Notes under the pieces: generated by a model
The model's input: only the letters and a program-made list of their open reading frames with translations
Told to the model about the DNA's origin: nothing
Databases searched by the model: none
Shown: positions 40,313 through 49,636 of the stretch, piece after piece
How the letters are laid out: every line of letters starts with the position of its first letter
Position numbering within the stretch: the first letter of the stretch is position 1
Position numbers and translations under genes: made by a program
DNA from: Candidatus Binatia bacterium
GTDB taxonomy: Bacteria; Acidobacteriota; Terriglobia; Acidiferrales; UBA7541
Reading direction: 5' to 3'
NCBI GenBank assembly: GCA_035517515.1
Contig: DATIYQ010000181.1
Coordinates: 12,747 to 76,746, forward strand
Length of the DNA stretch: 64,000 nucleotides

Positions 40313-42082
40313 TCAGACTTCCACCAGAGTTGCGCTGAGCTTCAGTTTGCCGGTGAGCGCGGCGTGTTCCATGGCGGTCACAATCTCCGGGTCAAACCGC
40401 GTGCCCGCCAGCTCGCGCACCCGCTTCAGGGCGAAATCCAGGTCCATCGCGGATTGATAGGGACGGTTGGTGGTGATGGCGTCAAAGGTGTCCGCCACAG
40501 CGATGATCCGCGCCATCATCGGGATCTGCTCTTTTTTCAGCCCGTAGGGGTAGCCGCGCCCGTCCACGCATTCGTGGTGCAGCTCGATCCCCGGCAGCAT
40601 CTCTTTCAACTGCGGCACGGGCCGCATGATGTTGGCGCCCTTTACGGGATGCTGCTTCATGATATGGAATTCCTCGTCGGTCAGCGCCCCGGGCTTCTTC
40701 AGCACGCGGTCGTCGATTCCAATCTTGCCCACGTCGTGCAGCAGCGCGGAGATGCGCAGTTTGTCCAGCGCCTCCGCGTCCAGGCCCATCTGCTCGCCGA
40801 TGATCACCGAATACTTGGCCACGCGCCCGGAATGGCCGCGGGTGTACGGGTCCTTTTCGTCGATGGCCGCGGCCAGCATGCGGATCGAGCCGATAAACAA
40901 CTGCCGGTTCTCTTCCGCGGCCTGTTTCAGCCGCTCGATATACCGCTCGATGTCCTCGGCCATCAGGTTGAAATTTTCGGCCAGGTCGCTGATCTCCGCA
41001 GCCCCGGCCACCGGCGCCCGTTGCTGGAATTCCCCGCGGCTGATGGCCCGCGTGGAGTGCGCCAGCGCGCGCACCGGATTGGAAATTCCCACCGCGAAGA
41101 AATATCCGATGATGAGCGCGGTGATGGTGAGCAGGGAAGCGATCCACAGCGCCTGGCGGGTCAGTTCCGGCAGGCCGGCATCCGCCTGGGCATCCGCCAG
41201 GCTGCGTTGCGCGATCACCGCCCAGCGCATCTCCGGAATCGGGCTGAACGCGCCCATCATGGCCACGCGCTTTCCGCGCACGTCGCTGGAGAAGTTGGAA
41301 GTGACCGTCATGCTGAGGGCGCGCGGCAGGTCGCGGAATTGGGCCACCACGGGATAGGCCTGGCTGGCATCCGCGCCGGCCACCCATCGCGTCCGGTCGG
41401 GAAAGGCCACGATATGCCCCTCCGCGTCCACTACGTACACTTCGCGCCCGTGCCCGCTGGTTTCCTGCAGGCGGCGCACGATGTGGTCGAGGGACACCAC
41501 CACGGCGAGCATGCCCTGCGGCTGCGTTCCGAACAGAATCGGCACTGCCACCACGTGCCCGGAGATCGTCTCCTTGCCCTCGCCGATGGCCAGCGCCCCG
41601 CTGGAAAACTTGAGGCCCTGCACGCAAAGCATAAATCCGCGCTGCAGGGCCTTGCCCACGAACGGGTCCTGGTCCGCGCGAAAGTTGCCGCTCCATGGCC
41701 CTTTGGCCTGCACGTTCAGCGCGGTCACGTAGAGAATATCCGGATTGTTCTTGACGAATTCTTCCAGGCGCTGGGTGACTTCCGCGGAGTGCTGTGGCGA
41801 GCTGACGTCGGAGGCGACGCCGGCCAGCTCCAACATCTTGATTTCGTCCTGCAGTTGCTGGTTCAAGTTGCTTTCAAACAGCAAGATTTCTTCGGCCAGC
41901 AGCCGGGTGATTTCCACCTGCTGGCGCCGTTCCGTGTCCTCCAGTTTCTCCTGGCTGAGCTGCAGCACCTGCCGCTGGAACAACAGGATGGGAACAAGAC
42001 TGACCAGCAGCAGCGCGCCCAGCACCAGCCACAGAATGCGGACACGGCTGAACAGACCTCGCCTTGGACTGGGGGCTGCCAT
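40313..42082 (-). CDS. Membrane sensor protein with periplasmic (Cache-like) domain, HAMP and HD-GYP phosphodiesterase domain
   Basis: Tracked 589 aa ORF with an N-terminal TM helix. A second TM helix is followed by a HAMP-like segment (ISNPVRALAHSTRAISRGEF). The HD-GYP core is LLHDVGKIGI ... HHECVDGRGYPYGL. Confidence 0.88.
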   Translation of the reverse strand: MAAPSPRRGLFSRVRILWLVLGALLLVSLVPILLFQRQVLQLSQEKLEDTERRQQVEITRLLAEEILLFESNLNQQLQDEIKMLELAGVASDVSSPQHSAEVTQRLEEFVKNNPDILYVTALNVQAKGPWSGNFRADQDPFVGKALQRGFMLCVQGLKFSSGALAIGEGKETISGHVVAVPILFGTQPQGMLAVVVSLDHIVRRLQETSGHGREVYVVDAEGHIVAFPDRTRWVAGADASQAYPVVAQFRDLPRALSMTVTSNFSSDVRGKRVAMMGAFSPIPEMRWAVIAQRSLADAQADAGLPELTRQALWIASLLTITALIIGYFFAVGISNPVRALAHSTRAISRGEFQQRAPVAGAAEISDLAENFNLMAEDIERYIERLKQAAEENRQLFIGSIRMLAAAIDEKDPYTRGHSGRVAKYSVIIGEQMGLDAEALDKLRISALLHDVGKIGIDDRVLKKPGALTDEEFHIMKQHPVKGANIMRPVPQLKEMLPGIELHHECVDGRGYPYGLKKEQIPMMARIIAVADTFDAITTNRPYQSAMDLDFALKRVRELAGTRFDPEIVTAMEHAALTGKLKLSATLVEV

Positions 42083-42180
42083 CGTTACCGCAGTCTAATC
42101 GTGTTGCCCCCGGCTCACAATCCCGCCGCGCCGGTCCGTGTTCCAGCCGCAACGGGTCTGGCACTACCGCTCCCGGCGGA

Positions 42181-43185
42181 TTATTCGTTTTTTTGCCGCC
42201 GCTCCATCAGCTCCCGAATGGCGTCCTTTGGAGCGCGTCCCTGGTAGAGCACAGCGTGCATCTGCTCGGTAATCGGCATTTCCAGCTCATGCTGCCGGGC
42301 CAATTCCAGCGTAGCCGCGGTGGTGCGTACGCCCTCGGCCACCATACGCATCCCGCTCTGTATTTCTGCAAGTGTTTTGCCCTGTCCCAGCGCCACGCCC
42401 ACGCTGCGGTTTCGCGAGAGCGCCCCGGTACAGGTCAGCACCAGGTCACCCAGCCCGGCCAGGCCGCCCAGCGTTTCCCGCCGGCCGCCCAGAGCCACGG
42501 CCAACCGGGTGATTTCCGCCAGGCCCCGGGTGACCAGCGCGGCCATGCTGTTGTGGCCCAGCCCCAGCCCGGCGCAAACGCCGGCGGCGATGGCAATCAC
42601 GTTTTTCACCGCGCCGCCCAACTCCACACCGGCCACGTCCCCATTCGTGTATAACCTGAACGCCGGTCCCGCAAACTCCTCCTGAATTTGCGTCGCCAGA
42701 GCAGGGTCTTCCGACGCCACGACCACCGCCGTCGGATCTCCACGCGCCACTTCGCGGGCGAACGACGGCCCTGAAATCACCGCCACGCGGGCAGGGAATC
42801 GCGCGCCCACAACCCCGCACAGGACCTGACTGATGCGCGCGGGCACGGGCGCATCCAGCCCCTTCGTGGCGCTAACCAGAGCCATCTCCGGCCGCAGATG
42901 GGGCAGCGCCTGCGTGCAGATGGTGCGCGCATGCTCGGAGGGCACCACGCCCAGCACAATCTGCGCGCCTTCCAGCGCCACGCGCAGGTCGCTGGTCACC
43001 TCCAGCTCGCCCGGCAGGTCAAATCCGGGCAGATAGTCCGCGTTGACCCGCGCGCTGCGCAGCGCCGCCGCCAGTTCCGGCCTTCGCGCCCACAGGCACA
43101 CGCGATGCGGCCTGCGGCTTCGCAGCAGCACCAGCGCCAGCGCCGTGCCCCAGCTTCCTGCGCCGAGAATAGCGATTTTTGTCAT
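42181..43185 (-). CDS. gpsA: NAD(P)H-dependent glycerol-3-phosphate dehydrogenase
   Basis: MTKIAILGAGSWGTALA, GAVKNVIAIAAG and SRNRSVG motifs. Confidence 0.93.
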   Translation of the reverse strand: MTKIAILGAGSWGTALALVLLRSRRPHRVCLWARRPELAAALRSARVNADYLPGFDLPGELEVTSDLRVALEGAQIVLGVVPSEHARTICTQALPHLRPEMALVSATKGLDAPVPARISQVLCGVVGARFPARVAVISGPSFAREVARGDPTAVVVASEDPALATQIQEEFAGPAFRLYTNGDVAGVELGGAVKNVIAIAAGVCAGLGLGHNSMAALVTRGLAEITRLAVALGGRRETLGGLAGLGDLVLTCTGALSRNRSVGVALGQGKTLAEIQSGMRMVAEGVRTTAATLELARQHELEMPITEQMHAVLYQGRAPKDAIRELMERRQKNE

Positions 43186-43198
43186 GCCCGGCGGTGTG

Positions 43199-43819
43199 CT
43201 ACCGCCCCCCGAATTTCAGCCGGTTTTCGGTGCCCCCGAGCAGGCGCTCCATATTGCTGCGATGCTTGAAAATTATCAGCACCGCCGCCACCACCGCGGA
43301 AATGGAAACACTCAGCGGCGGAGCCAGTCCGCTGCCCGGGGCATAGAGAAAATACGTGCAAAGAGGCAGTGCGGCCGCGGCCACCACCGAAGCAGCGGAT
43401 ACGTATCGGGAAATCGAAACCACAATCACCCAGACCAGCGCCGCCACTCCTACCGCCATCCACGAAAGCGGCAGGAAAACGCCCACCGCCGTGGCCACGC
43501 CCTTGCCGCCGCGAAATCTCAGCCAGATCGGGAATATGTGCCCGGCGACCGCCGCCAGACCGCTCGCGGCCATCCAGGTTATGCTCTCTCCGCTCCATCG
43601 CGCGGCCAGCCACACCGCCAGAAACCCCTTTCCCATATCGAGCAGCAGTGTAGCCACACCGGCGGCGGCCCCGGCCACGCGGTTCACATTGGTGGCCCCA
43701 ATGTTCCCGCTGCCCGCAGCGCGCACGTCGCTGCCGGTAAACAACCGCACAATCAGATAGCCGAAGGGGATGGACCCCAGCAGGTAGCCCACAACCGGGA
43801 GCAGCCAGGGGACAATCAT
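43199..43819 (-). CDS. plsY: Glycerol-3-phosphate acyltransferase PlsY
   Basis: ATG 43819 within tracked ORF 43199..44170. It carries GYLLGSIPFGYLI, GSGNIGATN and FRGGKGVAT. Confidence 0.9.
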   Translation of the reverse strand: MIVPWLLPVVGYLLGSIPFGYLIVRLFTGSDVRAAGSGNIGATNVNRVAGAAAGVATLLLDMGKGFLAVWLAARWSGESITWMAASGLAAVAGHIFPIWLRFRGGKGVATAVGVFLPLSWMAVGVAALVWVIVVSISRYVSAASVVAAAALPLCTYFLYAPGSGLAPPLSVSISAVVAAVLIIFKHRSNMERLLGGTENRLKFGGR

Positions 43820-44406
43820 CGGGTACTTCCCGGCGCGGAAGCGGCAGGCGCGGAGGCAAATGCAAATCGCTCCAGCCGCGTGTACACCGCGCCCTGCGGC
43901 CGCAGAGTGCTCTCCATCAAATCGAACTCCTGGTACACCGCGCGGCCGAACTCTGCCGTCCCCAGCCGCTCCACTTCCTGCCGGAGGCACTCCAGCCCCC
44001 GCGCTTCCTTGATTCGCGCCAGGGTCAGGTGGGGGCGAAACTCGCGTTCCTCGCGCGGAATGCCCAGCGGTTCGAGCGCCTGCTCGATGCTCGCGGCCAG
44101 CTCCGCCAGTTCCTTGCCTGCGCCGGCGCCCGCCCAGAGCACCCGAGCCCGCCGCGCATCCGGAAACCATCCCAGGCCGCGGAAAATCACCGGAATCGAT
44201 TGCGCCCCGCGAACGCCCGCAAGGGCCGCCTCAATTCCGCTGCGCTGGCCGGCTGCTACTTCCCCGATAAATTTCAAGGTGAGGTGAATTCCGGCCGGAT
44301 TGGTCCAGCGCACCGCCGGCGTGGCCGCCGGGCGCAGGCGCTGCGCAATTTCCCCGAGCCCCGTGCGCACCGCAGCGGGCAGCTCCAGGGCGACGAACAG
44401 GCGCAT
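43816..44406 (-). CDS. thpR: RNA 2',3'-cyclic phosphodiesterase (2H family, ThpR/LigT)
   Basis: ATG 44406 within tracked ORF 43816..45264. It starts MRLFVALELP and has the two HxT motifs HLTLKF and HLTLAR. The stop overlaps the plsY start (ATGA). Confidence 0.85.
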   Translation of the reverse strand: MRLFVALELPAAVRTGLGEIAQRLRPAATPAVRWTNPAGIHLTLKFIGEVAAGQRSGIEAALAGVRGAQSIPVIFRGLGWFPDARRARVLWAGAGAGKELAELAASIEQALEPLGIPREEREFRPHLTLARIKEARGLECLRQEVERLGTAEFGRAVYQEFDLMESTLRPQGAVYTRLERFAFASAPAASAPGSTR

Positions 44407-44417
44407 TGTGGCACCGC

Positions 44418-45674
44418 TCACTGCTTCGCCTGGCCGGGCGCCCGTAGGAAATACCTTCGCACCATGTCCATGGCCGCCATGGTGGCCTGCGCGCGGATGC
44501 GGTCGCGATCGCCCGGAAATCGGAACGCCTTTTCCTGAACGCCCTGCGCATCGGCCAGCGCGATATGCACTGTCCCTACCGGCTTTTCGGGCGTGGCCCC
44601 GGTGGGGCCGGCGATACCCGTCACCGAAAGTCCCAGCGTGGCGCCGGAGCCGCGGCGCACGCGCTCCGCCATGGCCTGGGCCACCTCCGCGCTCACCGCC
44701 CCCTTGGTGTCCAGCAGTTCCTGCGGAACGTTGAGCCATGCGGCCTTCAGCGAATTGCCGTAGGTAATGGCCCCGCCCAGAAAATGCGCGGAGCTGCCCG
44801 GCAGCCGCGAAAGGCGCTCGCCCAGCATCCCGCCGGTACAGCTCTCCGCAACGGCAATGGTGGCGCCGTGCCAGCCCAGCGCGTTGGCCACCACCTGCTC
44901 CATGCTCTCGCCCTTCACCGTGAACAGGCCTTCTCCCAGCACCAGGGAGATGCGTTCCACCAACTCGTCCAGGCGCTTCCCTGCGGCATCCGCGTCGTCG
45001 CTCCACAACCGGAGATGGATCTGGATTTCTCCCGGGGCGTGCAGCAGGGTGGTCTGCACGTCGCGATAGCCTTTGTAAATGGGCGCGATGGCCTGGTCCA
45101 CCGCGGATTCGCCCATTCCGGCCACGCGCAGCTCGCGTGCATGGAGCCGCGGTCCCTCCGAGCGCACCTCCAGGCGCGGCGCTACCTGTTCCGTAAACAT
45201 TGGCTCGAGTTCCGAGGGCGGTCCGGGCAGCAGCACCACCACGTGCGACCCATCCTCGATCCACAGTCCCGGCGCGGTCCCCCGGCGGTTCGGCAGCACG
45301 ACTGCGCCGGCAGGCACACGCGCCTGTTTGGCGTTAATGCGCGGCATGTGCCGTCCCATGCGGTCGAACTTCGCTTCGATATCCTTCATCACCGCTTCGT
45401 CTTCCACCAGCGGGCGTTGCAGGGCGGCGGCCACCGCTTCGCGCGTCACGTCGTCTTCGGTAGGACCAAGCCCCCCGGCGACGATGGCCACATCGGTGCG
45501 CTCACGGGCCGCGCGGAATGCCGCGCCGATCAGTTCCGGGTCGTCTCCCACCACCGATTTGAGCACCACCTCGAATCCCAGACGGTTCAGTTGCGCGGTG
45601 AGGAACAGCGAGTTGGTGTCCACGCGGTCGGGCGTCAGCAGCTCCGACCCCACGGCTATGATCTCCGCCTTCAT
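44418..45674 (-). CDS. cinA: CinA family protein (MoCF-binding domain plus nicotinamide-nucleotide amidohydrolase PncC domain)
   Basis: MKAEIIAVGSELLTPDRVDTNSLFL and GGLGPTEDDVT. The C-terminal half reads AVAESCTGGML ... GTVHIAL. Confidence 0.9.
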   Translation of the reverse strand: MKAEIIAVGSELLTPDRVDTNSLFLTAQLNRLGFEVVLKSVVGDDPELIGAAFRAARERTDVAIVAGGLGPTEDDVTREAVAAALQRPLVEDEAVMKDIEAKFDRMGRHMPRINAKQARVPAGAVVLPNRRGTAPGLWIEDGSHVVVLLPGPPSELEPMFTEQVAPRLEVRSEGPRLHARELRVAGMGESAVDQAIAPIYKGYRDVQTTLLHAPGEIQIHLRLWSDDADAAGKRLDELVERISLVLGEGLFTVKGESMEQVVANALGWHGATIAVAESCTGGMLGERLSRLPGSSAHFLGGAITYGNSLKAAWLNVPQELLDTKGAVSAEVAQAMAERVRRGSGATLGLSVTGIAGPTGATPEKPVGTVHIALADAQGVQEKAFRFPGDRDRIRAQATMAAMDMVRRYFLRAPGQAKQ

Positions 45675-45930
45675 CGTCTACGTTTCTACCCGAACCGTGG
45701 CGACGGCGCAAGCAGGGGAAGGCCGCAGACCGGGAGTTTCGGGCAAAACCACGAAGCCCGAAAGCCTCGCGAGGATGAAGATCGCCGTGGCATGGCTGCG
45801 CGTTTCTCTCGCTTTCCGCATCTCCGGCCCGTGGGTACTTTGCCTCCGGTTTCTGTTCGCGGACCTGGTTCGGTGGTCTGCATTCCGGCGGAAGGCGCCC
45901 AGGGCAAGATGCAGTTCCCAACCGATTCGC

Positions 45931-46275
45931 TCAGAAGGTCACAACTTTGTCGCAATCCTCGGTCCAGGCGGCCAGTTCGTCGAGGCTGCTGCGGCGCACC
46001 TCAGGGATCAGGGATTCGGGCGGAATCCCGCGGGCTTCCATACAGGTTCCACATGCCGCGATGGCCGCGCCGGCGGCGGAACTCGCGCGCAACAGCTCCT
46101 GCGGGTTGTAGTCCGCATGCGCGGGCGTGAATCCAGCGAGCCCGCAGAGAACACCGTCTCCCAACAGAAATACGCGGGTGGCCGCCTTGCGCGAGAGCGC
46201 CGCGGCGAGGCGCAGTCCGTTGTAGGCGCGCTGGTCCCCGTACGGGGAGTCATTGAAGATGAACAGATATTTCAT
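45931..46275 (-). CDS. DsrE/DsrF-like (YchN-fold) small protein
   Basis: ATG 46275 within tracked ORF 45931..46365. It reads MKYLFIFNDSPYGDQRAYNGLRLAAAL ... VFLLGDGV ... ACGTCMEARG, which is the typical DsrE-family layout. Confidence 0.75.
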   Translation of the reverse strand: MKYLFIFNDSPYGDQRAYNGLRLAAALSRKAATRVFLLGDGVLCGLAGFTPAHADYNPQELLRASSAAGAAIAACGTCMEARGIPPESLIPEVRRSSLDELAAWTEDCDKVVTF

Positions 46276-46594
46276 GGCGGATTTTCTCCAGGAAGCCGGG
46301 CTGGCGGGAGAGGCTAACACAAAGGCAGTGGCGAGTCCTGATGGAACCGGGATGAGGGCATCCATCCGGGCGAAATCGGAGCCGCGAGCGCGCGCAGGTG
46401 ATTCCGGTCACATCCATGGCTCGGGGAAGTCCGGAGTGGCCCGAGAGGAAGGCGGCCGCGCGAGAAGGTGACGTGAGACACGCGAATGAGTGACAAGCCT
46501 CACGGCCCTTTTCTCCCCTTCGGGTAACAGTGCTCGGGTTGCCTACCATCGTGTTTCATCCCGGGGAATGTTTGCAGGGAAGGGAGCGCCGCCC

Positions 46595-49500
46595 ATGAAT
46601 CGCCGGAACTGGTTGAAGCGGGCCACTGCGGGGGCTGGAGCCATGCTTGGCGGAAGCGCGCTGGGCGCGCCCGAGGCCAGCGCTACTCCGAAGCGTTCCA
46701 AGCTCGCCGGCACGGAGGTCTTCACCACCGCATGCAACTTCTGCTCCTGCGGCTGCGGGATGCTGTGCTACGTGCAAGACGGCAAACTGGTGGACCTGGA
46801 GGGCGACCCGGACCACATCATCAATGAGGGCGCGCTGTGCAGCAAGGGAGCGGCGATCATGGCCGCACACACCTCCGAACGGCGGGCGCGCCAGCCGCTG
46901 TATCGCGCGCCGGGCAGCGACCACTGGCAGCCTATTTCCTGGGACGAAGCGCTCGGAAAGGTCGCAGGCAAGTTGAAAGGCGCCCGCGAAGCAGGGTGGA
47001 TTGAGAAAGAAACGGCCAAAGACGCGGCGGGGAAAGACACCGAATACGTAGTAAACCGCACGGACGCCATCGGATTTCTGGGCGGCGCGCAGAATACGAA
47101 CGAAGAGAGCTATCTGATCACAAAGCTGGCGCGCCTGGCGGGCACGGTGCAGGTGGAGCATCAGGCGCGGCTTTGACACAGCCCCACGGTCCCCAGTCTG
47201 GGGGCCTCCTTCGGCCGGGGCGCGATGACCAATCACTGGCTAGACCTGCAGCACGCCAAAGTGTTCCTGATCGAAGGCAGCAACATGGCGGAGAACCACG
47301 CCATGGCCATGAAGTGGGTCCGCAAGGCGCAGGAAAAGGGCGCCATCGTGATTCACGTGGACCCGCGGTTCAATCGCACGTCGTCGATCGCGGACATTTA
47401 CGCGCGCATCCGCCCCGGCGGAGACATCGCCTTCCTCAACGCGATCATCAATTACCTGCTCGAGCACAAACTCTATGACCAGGACTATATCCAGCGGAAT
47501 ACGAACGCCCTGTACCTGGCGACCGATGAGTTTGGGTTTGAAGACGGGCTCTTCACCGGTTTCCAGGAGACCGCGCACAAGTACGACACGGCATCGTGGA
47601 GCTACCAACTGGCGGCGGACAAGAAGCCGGCGAAGTCCAAGTCGCTGGAGGATCCGCGCTGTGTCTTCGCCAAGCTGAAGAAATTCTACGCCCGATACAC
47701 GCTGGAGATGGGAGAGGCGATCTCCGGCGTGCCGGCGGCGCAAATCCAGAAGATTGCGGAAACGCTGGCGCAGAACCGGCCGGCAACTATTCTCTATGCA
47801 CTGGGCATGACGCAGCACACCGTGGGCATCCAGAACATCCGCTGCTACGGCATCCTGCAAATGTTGCTGGGCAACATGGGCAAAGCCGGCGGGGGAGTGA
47901 ATGCGCTGCGCGGGGAACCGAATGTTCAAGGCGCGACGGACATGGCCGTGCTCAACGGCTACCTGCCGGGTTACCTGAGCTACCCGAATCACAACCAATC
48001 CACGCTGGAAGATTGGACCAAGGACAACGGGACGTTCCGCGCCAAGTTCCTGGTGAACACGTTGAAGGCCTGGTTTGGAGAGGCGGCCACGGCCGAGAAC
48101 GACTTTGGCTACGCGTGGCTGCCGAAGAAGAACGCCGGCAAGGATTATTCGGTGCTGGGGATGATGGAATCCGCCTACCACGGGCGGCTGAAGTTTCTGT
48201 ACGTGATCGGCCAGAACCCGATGGTGACAAACCCCAATCTGGGGATCACCTACGACGCGTTGGCCAAACTGGAGACGCTGGTGGTGCAGGACATCTGGGA
48301 GACCGAGACCGCTACCTTCTGGAAGCGGCCGGGCGTAGACCCCAAGACGATTCAGACCGAGGTGGTGCTGCTGCCGGCCGCTTACTTTATGGAAAAGGAA
48401 GGATCGATCACCGGCTCCGGGCGCCTGGTGCAATGGCGTTACAAGGCGGTTGAACCGCCGGGAGAGGCGAAAGGCGATCTGGAGATTCTGGATGCGGTGT
48501 TCCGCCGCGTGCGGGAGCTCTATCGGGACTCTTCCGCGGAAAAAGATGCGGCCATCCACAATGCGGTTTGGAATTATCCGCAGGAAAACTTCACGGAAGC
48601 GGTGCTGAGGGAAATCGGCGGCCGCGACGGCAAGACCGGGCAACCGGTAAACGGCATCGCGGACCTGCAACCGGACGGGAGCACCTCTTCGGGCTGCTGG
48701 ATTTACGCGGGCGTATTCAAAGGCGGGAAAAATCTCTCCAAGCGGCGCGACAACAAGACAGATCCCAGCGGCCTGGGAATCTATCCCGGCTTCGCCTGGA
48801 CGTGGCCGGGCAACATGCACGTGCTGTACAACCGCGCTTCCTGTGATGAGCACGGCAAGCCCCTGGACGCGAAGCATGCTCTGGTGTGGTGGGATGAGGC
48901 GCAGAAAAAATGGGTGGGAGTGGATACTCCGGACGTGCCCGTGCCCACGGACGGGCCGGACACGCCGAACGGGCAGCGGCCGTTCCGCATGAACGCCGAA
49001 GGCGTGGGGCGGCTGCTCGCGGCGCCCTACAAGGATCCCGATCCCAAGAACAAGAAAAAATTGCCGCGCGACGCTTCCTACGTACCCAAGGACGGACCCT
49101 TCCCGGAATTCTACGAGCCGGTGGAGAGTCCCACAGAGAACGCGCTGCATCCGGCGGTGAAGAACAACCCGTGCCTGAAGTACCCGCGCATCAAGGAACG
49201 TCAGCCCGTGGGGACCGCAGCGGAGTTCCCCTACGTGCTGATGACGTCCAGCATGGCGGAGCACTGGTGCGGCGGCTCGACCACGCGAAATATTCCCTGG
49301 TTGAATGAGCTGGTGCCCGACCCGGTGGTGGAGATTCCGGAAAAGCTGGCGAAGGAGCTGGATCTGCAGACGGGTGACCCCGTGAAGGTGCGCTCCGCGC
49401 GCGGCCAACTGGTGGTGAAGGCCGTGGTCACTCCGCGCATGCAGAACCTGCAGATCAACGGCAAGGAAGTGGGCATCGTGTGGATGCCGTACAACTGGGG

Positions 49501-49636
49501 CTTTCAGGGATTGAGCAAGGGGCCGAGCACGAACGTGCTGACGATTGACGCGGTGGATCCGGGCGCGGGGGCGCAGGAGACCAAAGCGTGCCTGGTGAGT
49601 CTGGAGCGGGTGGCTCCGGGAGGCGGCAATGTCTAA
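46595..49636 (+). CDS. fdnG: Formate dehydrogenase catalytic (molybdopterin) subunit, FdnG-like, Tat-exported, with in-frame UGA (probable selenocysteine) at 47174-47176
   Basis: Tracked ORFs 46490..47176 and 47225..49636 share a frame, with 16 sense codons between them. The joined sequence VEHQARL-U-HSPTVPSLGASFGRGAMTNHWLDL matches the FdnG active-site region as I remember it. ATG 46595 is preceded by GGGAAGGGAG. The twin-arginine signal is MNRRNWLKRATAGAGA, and the FS0 cluster is CNFCSCGCGMLC...C. Confidence 0.88.
47174..47206 (+). other. Recoding site: UGA(Sec) plus candidate bacterial SECIS hairpin
   Basis: TGA at 47174-47176. The hairpin GGUCCCC-AGUCU-GGGGGCC (47188-47206; 7 bp with one G-U pair, 5 nt loop) starts 12 nt downstream. 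The sequence is GC-rich, so alternative folds exist. Confidence 0.5.

Noticed and set aside
40292-42247. 651-aa + strand ORF
   Set aside because: It is the antisense shadow of the HD-GYP sensor gene, with no motifs.
44407-45264. N-terminal extension of tracked ORF 43816..45264
   Set aside because: It overlaps cinA in another frame and is G/R/A/P-rich. The ThpR domain begins at MRLFVALELP (ATG 44406).
45860-45925. Possible SRP (4.5S) RNA because of a CCGGCGGAAGGCGCC segment in a long hairpin near ftsY-related genes
   Set aside because: It lacks the near-universal GGUCCGGAAGGAAGCAGCC helix-8 motif, and the GNRA tetraloop with its closing pairs does not form.
46400-46470. Moco riboswitch upstream of fdnG
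   Set aside because: The biology is attractive (a molybdoenzyme operon), and a CCCGAG-containing hairpin exists. However, I could not reproduce the conserved Moco-motif core from memory, so this stays only as a testable suggestion in a finding.
47174-47176. TGA as a genuine stop (split or pseudogenised formate dehydrogenase)
   Set aside because: The frame continues without stops, and the flanking residues match the Sec-containing active-site segment of FdnG-type enzymes. The downstream ORF alone would lack the Tat signal and FS0 cluster. Pseudogene status cannot be fully excluded without the sel genes.
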